Below, piece after piece: positions 59,277 through 64,000 of a stretch of DNA of 64,000 nt. Source of the stretch: Thermoanaerobaculia bacterium (lineage in GTDB: Bacteria; Acidobacteriota; Thermoanaerobaculia; UBA5066); the NCBI GenBank assembly GCA_038245905.1, contig JBBRRY010000008.1:32205-96204 (forward strand). The letters are read 5' to 3'. Numbering within the stretch: position 1 is the first letter of the stretch; the number at the start of each line of letters is the position of its first letter. The position numbers were made by a program, and so were the translations under genes. The notes under the pieces were generated by a model. That model saw nothing but the letters and a program-made list of their open reading frames with translations, was not told the DNA's origin and did no database searches.

Positions 59277-61460
59277 ATGAAGAAGCCTTCTCCGGGCCTC
59301 GCCCTCGGCCTTCCGGTCCTGGCTCTCGTTCTTGCTCTCGTCCTCATGCGGCCGTCCCGTGCCCGCGGGGCCGAGCTCGCACGGCCGGCGTATCCGATCA
59401 CGCGCACGACGACGGCCGCGGAAGTCCTCCATGGCACGGCGGTCCCGGACCCCTACCGCTGGCTCGAGGACGAGAAGAGCACCGAGGTGCAGGCGTGGAT
59501 GGCCGCGCAGGACGGCTTCACTCGCCAGCGCCTCGCCGCCCTTCCGGGGCGCGACGCGATCGCGGCGCGACTCAAGGAGCTGCTTTACATCGACAGCGTT
59601 TCGGCCCCCCAGCATCGCGGAGCGCGTTACTTCTTCACGCGGCGCCACGCGAACAAGGAGAAGAGCGTCGTTTACTGGAAGGACGGTGAAGGCGGAGAGG
59701 AGCACGTCCTCTTCGACCCGAACACCTGGAGCGCGGACGGCAGCGCTTCTCTCGGCGCGTGGAGCGTCGCATGGGATGGCGCACGCGTCGCCTACGGCAG
59801 GAAGGTGAACAACTCGGACGAGGCGACGCTCTACGTCATGGAGGTCGCGACCGGGAAGGTGTCGGACGTCGACGTCATCGAGGGCGCCAAGTACGCGTCG
59901 GCTTCGTGGACGCCCGATGGCACCGCCTTCTACTACACGAAGCTCCCCGTCGACCCGAAGATCCCGGTTTCCGAGCGGCCGGGCTGGGCGGATGTGCGCC
60001 TGCATCGGATCGGGACGGACCCGAAGACCGACACGATCGTGAAGGAGAAGCTCGGCGACCCGACGGCGTTCCAGCACGGCTTCCTCACGCGCGACGGGCG
60101 CTTCCTCTTCCTCGTGGTTTCGCATGGCTGGGCCTCCCAGGAGGTCTGGTTCCGGGACCTCGCGGCCGCTCCCCAGTCAACGGCCTGGACGCCCCTCGCG
60201 GTCGGGATCAAGGCCCACTTCGACGCCGAGGCGTTCGACGGAAAGATCTTCGTGAAGACCGATGACGGGGCTCCGAAGGGCCGCGTCTTCGCCGTCGACC
60301 CCGCGAAGCCGGAACGGGCCGTGTGGAAGGAGATCGTCCCGGAACGGAGGGATGCCACTCTCGAGGGGTTCGGCGTCCACGGCGGCCGGCTCGCGCTCAA
60401 CTACCTCCGGAGCGCCGTGAGCGTCCTCGAGATCCGGGAGACGGACGGAAAGCTCGTACGCGAAGTCGCTCTTTCCGGCCTCGGAACGGTCGGCGGCCCC
60501 ACGGGCCGCGACGACGAGGACGAGGCGTATTTTTCGTTCACGTCGTATACGACGCCGACCTCGATCTTCAAGACCTCCGTGAAGACGGGCGCGACGTCCC
60601 TGTACTTCCAGGTGAAGGTGCCCGCCGACCTCGCGCCGTACACCGTCTCGCAGGTGTTCTATCCCTCGAAAGACGGGACGCGCGTCTCGATGTTCATCGT
60701 GCACCGCAAGGACATGAAGCGGGACGGGTCCACGCGCGGCCTCCTCGAGGGCTACGGCGGATTCCAGGTCGCGCTCACACCCGCGTTCAGCGCGTCCGTC
60801 ATTCCGTGGCTCGAGAAGGGCGGCTTCTACGCCGTCCCGAACCTCCGGGGCGGGAGCGAATATGGCGAGGCGTGGCACGAGGCCGGGATGCTCTTCAAGA
60901 AGCAGAACGTCTTCGACGACTTCATCGCGGCGGCCGAATATCTCGAGAAGGAAAAGTGGACGTCGAGGGAGCGCCTCGTCCTCCGGGGCGGGTCGAACGG
61001 CGGCCTCCTGATGGGCGCGCTCGTCACGCAGCGCCCGGACCTCTTCAAGGTCAGCCTCTGCGGGGTGCCGCTTCTCGACATGGTGCGGTATCACCTCTTC
61101 GGTTCCGGCAAGACGTGGATCTCCGAGTACGGTTCGGCGGAAGACGCCGCCCAGTTCAAGGCTCTCCTCGCCTATTCGCCGTACCACCACGTGAAGGCGG
61201 GCACGAGGTACCCGTCCGTGCTCGTCCTCTCGGCCGACAGCGACGACCGGGTCGACCCGATGCATGCGCGCAAGTTCGCCGCCTTCCTTCAGGCCGCCTC
61301 GACGGGAGGGCCCGTCCTTCTCCGAATCGAGCAGCATTCGGGCCATGGCGGCGCGGATCTCGTCAAGGCGGCCGTCGCGCAGCTCGCGGACGAATATGCC
61401 TTCGCCCTGTCCGAGACGGAGGCCCCGACCCTCAAGGCCCCGGAGAGGCCGAAGCACTGA
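59277..61460 (+). CDS. Prolyl oligopeptidase (S9A)
   Basis: [23 protein letters not shown] and GHG triad; signal peptide. Confidence 0.95.
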   Translation: MKKPSPGLALGLPVLALVLALVLMRPSRARGAELARPAYPITRTTTAAEVLHGTAVPDPYRWLEDEKSTEVQAWMAAQDGFTRQRLAALPGRDAIAARLKELLYIDSVSAPQHRGARYFFTRRHANKEKSVVYWKDGEGGEEHVLFDPNTWSADGSASLGAWSVAWDGARVAYGRKVNNSDEATLYVMEVATGKVSDVDVIEGAKYASASWTPDGTAFYYTKLPVDPKIPVSERPGWADVRLHRIGTDPKTDTIVKEKLGDPTAFQHGFLTRDGRFLFLVVSHGWASQEVWFRDLAAAPQSTAWTPLAVGIKAHFDAEAFDGKIFVKTDDGAPKGRVFAVDPAKPERAVWKEIVPERRDATLEGFGVHGGRLALNYLRSAVSVLEIRETDGKLVREVALSGLGTVGGPTGRDDEDEAYFSFTSYTTPTSIFKTSVKTGATSLYFQVKVPADLAPYTVSQVFYPSKDGTRVSMFIVHRKDMKRDGSTRGLLEGYGGFQVALTPAFSASVIPWLEKGGFYAVPNLRGGSEYGEAWHEAGMLFKKQNVFDDFIAAAEYLEKEKWTSRERLVLRGGSNGGLLMGALVTQRPDLFKVSLCGVPLLDMVRYHLFGSGKTWISEYGSAEDAAQFKALLAYSPYHHVKAGTRYPSVLVLSADSDDRVDPMHARKFAAFLQAASTGGPVLLRIEQHSGHGGADLVKAAVAQLADEYAFALSETEAPTLKAPERPKH

Positions 61461-61462
61461 GG

Positions 61463-63088
61463 ATGTCCGACGCCTCACGCACCCTCGCCACCGAGGTCGC
61501 CCGCCGGCGCACCTTCGCGATCATTTCGCACCCCGACGCGGGCAAGACCACGCTCACGGAGAAGCTCCTTCTCTACGGAGGCGCCATCCATCTCGCGGGC
61601 TCGGTCAAGACCCGCAGGAACGCAAGCCGCCACACGACGAGCGACTGGATGGAGCTCGAGCGCCAGCGCGGCATCTCGATCACGACGAGCGTGCTGCAGT
61701 TCCCGTACGCGGGCCATCACGTGAACCTCCTCGACACGCCCGGTCACAACGACTTCTCGGAAGACACGTACCGGACGCTCGCGGCCGCGGACGCCGCCGT
61801 GATGCTCATCGACAGCGCAAAGGGCGTCGAGCCGCAAACGATCAAGCTCTTCGAGGTCTGCCGTATGAGGCGGATCCCGATCGTCACGTTCATGAACAAG
61901 CTCGATCGCGCGGGCCAGGATCCGCTCGACCTCATGGACGAGATCGAGCGCATCCTCGGAATCCCATGCCACCCCGTGACGTGGCCGATCGGCTCCGGGC
62001 CGGATTTCCAAGGCGTCTACGACCGCTGGGGGAAGACGCTGCTGAAATACGAAAGAGGAGATTCTGCGAAAGGAGAGAGGGTCGCCCCGGTTCAGGTCGC
62101 CACCCTCGACGATCCGGCGTTCATCGAGTCGCTCGGCGCGGCCGCACACGCGACGCTCATGGAAGAGCTTGAACTCCTCGAGTCCGGACACGCCTTCGAT
62201 CAGGCGGCGTTCCTGGCAGGCCGCATCACGCCAGTCTTTTTCGGCAGCGCGAGTAACGACTTCGGCGTCGAGCCGTTCCTAAAGCGCTTTTTGGAGCTGG
62301 CTCCCGCGCCTCTCCCGCGCAAGACGACGACCGGCGTCGTGGACCCGCTCCAGCCGGAGTTCTCGGGCTTCGTCTTCAAGATCCAGGCGAACATGGATCC
62401 CGCTCACCGCGACCGCATCGCGTTCGTGCGCATCGTGTCGGGGAAGTTCACGCGAGGCATGGAAGTCCTGAACCCGCGCACGGGCCGGACGCTGAAGCTC
62501 GCGAAGCCGCTCCAGTTCCTCGCGCAGGAGAGAACGCTCGTCGAGGAGGCCTGGGCCGGCGACATTCTCGGGCTCTGGGACGCGGGCAACCTCCGTATCG
62601 GCGACTCGCTCGCCGAGGGACCGGGCGTCGAGTTCGAGGGGATCCCGCGCTTCTCGCCTGAGTTCTTCAACCGCGTCGTCATGCTCGACCCCGCGAAGAG
62701 GAAACAGCTCAAGAAGGGCCTCGACCAGCTCTCGGAGGAAGGCGCCGTTCAGGTCTTCCACGACGCCGAGCGTATGGAGCGGGACCCCGTCCTCGGAGCC
62801 GTCGGCGTCCTGCAGTTCGAGGTCATCCAGCACCGGCTCCGGTCGGAATACGGCGCCGAGATCTCCTACGCGCGGCTGCCGTTCACGCTCGCGCGCTGGG
62901 TCGAGGGCGAGGACTTCGACCGCAGGAAGTTCGACGACCCGCCGAGCGTCGCGTGCCTCGTCGATCTCGAGGGCCGGCCGCTCGTACTCTTCCAGAGCAA
63001 GTGGCATCTCGAGCGCGCCGAGCGCGAGAACCCGAAGCTACGCTTCATCGCCGCCGTCCAGCCCGGGCGCGCGCGAGCCACGGCGTAG
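61463..63088 (+). CDS. prfC: Peptide chain release factor 3
   Basis: RRRTFAIISHPDAGKTT, DTPGH, NKLD and FKIQANMDPAHRDR. Confidence 0.97.
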   Translation: MSDASRTLATEVARRRTFAIISHPDAGKTTLTEKLLLYGGAIHLAGSVKTRRNASRHTTSDWMELERQRGISITTSVLQFPYAGHHVNLLDTPGHNDFSEDTYRTLAAADAAVMLIDSAKGVEPQTIKLFEVCRMRRIPIVTFMNKLDRAGQDPLDLMDEIERILGIPCHPVTWPIGSGPDFQGVYDRWGKTLLKYERGDSAKGERVAPVQVATLDDPAFIESLGAAAHATLMEELELLESGHAFDQAAFLAGRITPVFFGSASNDFGVEPFLKRFLELAPAPLPRKTTTGVVDPLQPEFSGFVFKIQANMDPAHRDRIAFVRIVSGKFTRGMEVLNPRTGRTLKLAKPLQFLAQERTLVEEAWAGDILGLWDAGNLRIGDSLAEGPGVEFEGIPRFSPEFFNRVVMLDPAKRKQLKKGLDQLSEEGAVQVFHDAERMERDPVLGAVGVLQFEVIQHRLRSEYGAEISYARLPFTLARWVEGEDFDRRKFDDPPSVACLVDLEGRPLVLFQSKWHLERAERENPKLRFIAAVQPGRARATA

Positions 63089-64000
63089 ATGTCCCGGCGG
63101 AGGCGCTGGGCGGTGGCCGTGGCCGCGGGTTCGATCGCCCTCGGCGTCTGGCTGTTCCAGAATGCCTCGCTCCCTCGCCTCCGGGCAGAGTTCATCCCGT
63201 GGATGCACCGGCTCGGGTGCTACCGCGACGCGCTGGAGACGACGCGCGCGGCGCTGCGCGCGAAAAGCGCGCAGCCGGGGGACCCGGAAGGCATCGCCGC
63301 CATCCGGGCCTGGGCCTGGAAGGACCTCGATCGGCTTGCCCTGGTGTCGTTCGATGTCGAGGGGAAGCCGGAGATAGAGAGGAAGAAAGAGAAAGACAAA
63401 GATTTCTTAGAAGTATGGGAGCTGCGGGGGTCGGCTGTCTTCGTCGTGGATGGATTTCGCGCCGACGGGGCGCGCGTCGAGAGATCGGCGCTGGTTTCGC
63501 TGCTGCTTCCCGACTCGAATTCGGCCGCGGGTATGCCTCTTACCTTCTCAGCAAATCTTTCTTCCTCTTCCTCTTCCTCCGAACGCATAGAACCAAATCC
63601 CCGCTTCCATGACGCGACGCTCGCATCCGGCCTCGGCGCCCCCCGCGGCGATCCTCCGAAGAAGCTCACGAACCGTCTCATCGACGGCATCTGGCCGGGC
63701 TCGGGCGTGGCCGCGCTCGACTTCGATCAGGACGGTGCCGAGGACCTCTTCGTGGGCGACGGCGTGCGCTCGATCCTGTACCGCAACGACGGGCAGGGGC
63801 ATTTCACGGACGTGACCGAGCGCGCGGGGCTCGCGGCAGCGGCGTCCTCGCTCGAGGGTCCTTCGGGAATCGCCGCGACGGGCGTCGCCGCGGGCGACGT
63901 CGACGGCGACGGGTTTCCCGACCTGGCCGTGACGGACGCATTCGGCCCGACGCGGCTCTTCCGAAACCGCGGCGACGGCACGTTCGAGGAGATCACGGCA
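63089..64000 (+). CDS. FG-GAP/CRTAC1-like protein, runs off the window
   Basis: Manual translation: N-terminal TM, DFDQDGAEDLFV..LYRNDGQGHFTDVT, GDVDGDGFPDL..LFRNRGDGTF. Confidence 0.85.
   Translation, partial: MSRRRRWAVAVAAGSIALGVWLFQNASLPRLRAEFIPWMHRLGCYRDALETTRAALRAKSAQPGDPEGIAAIRAWAWKDLDRLALVSFDVEGKPEIERKKEKDKDFLEVWELRGSAVFVVDGFRADGARVERSALVSLLLPDSNSAAGMPLTFSANLSSSSSSSERIEPNPRFHDATLASGLGAPRGDPPKKLTNRLIDGIWPGSGVAALDFDQDGAEDLFVGDGVRSILYRNDGQGHFTDVTERAGLAAAASSLEGPSGIAATGVAAGDVDGDGFPDLAVTDAFGPTRLFRNRGDGTFEEITA
63371..63580. repeat. Convergent pair of purine-tract/AGATTT..AGAAG motifs
   Basis: AAAGATTTCTTAGAAG (63398-63413) and CTTCTCAGCAAATCTTT (63544-63560), each flanked on the outside by a purine or pyrimidine tract. 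Confidence 0.75.

Noticed and set aside
56641-63580. MITE/REP interpretation of the inverted motif pairs
   Set aside because: Interiors are unrelated, spacing differs (92 vs 130 nt), no target-site duplication is seen, and many copies are solo.

Overview
High-GC (~70%), densely coding bacterial window of about 50 genes. I found no rRNA, tRNA, CRISPR array, transposase or integrase. The gene content suggests Acidobacteriota, probably Thermoanaerobaculia-like (inference from VWFA-type proteins, CRTAC1/FG-GAP, PCRxxDTR-tailed secreted proteins and YpdA). Housekeeping and metabolic genes include fumC, prfC, thrC-like, phhA, xth, crcB, a cyclophilin, qor and rmlD-like. There are many peptidases (two S9A, one S9C, M28, HtrA, CHAT) and several very large secreted proteins. 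Main unexplained signals: (1) a recurrent AT/purine-rich DNA motif (about RRAGATTTCTTAGAAGG) written into coding sequences in different frames and strands, forcing rare codons and forming convergent pairs about 90-130 bp apart; (2) three tandem secreted proteins sharing one C-terminal module, one of them with a sigma-54 promoter; (3) an AglB/STT3-type oligosaccharyltransferase; (4) pervasive leaderless-type genes (TAnnnT 6-9 nt before the start codon); (5) two genes with large internal deletions; (6) an orphan trio of pilin-like genes. All calls come from reading the sequence; no database searches were run.
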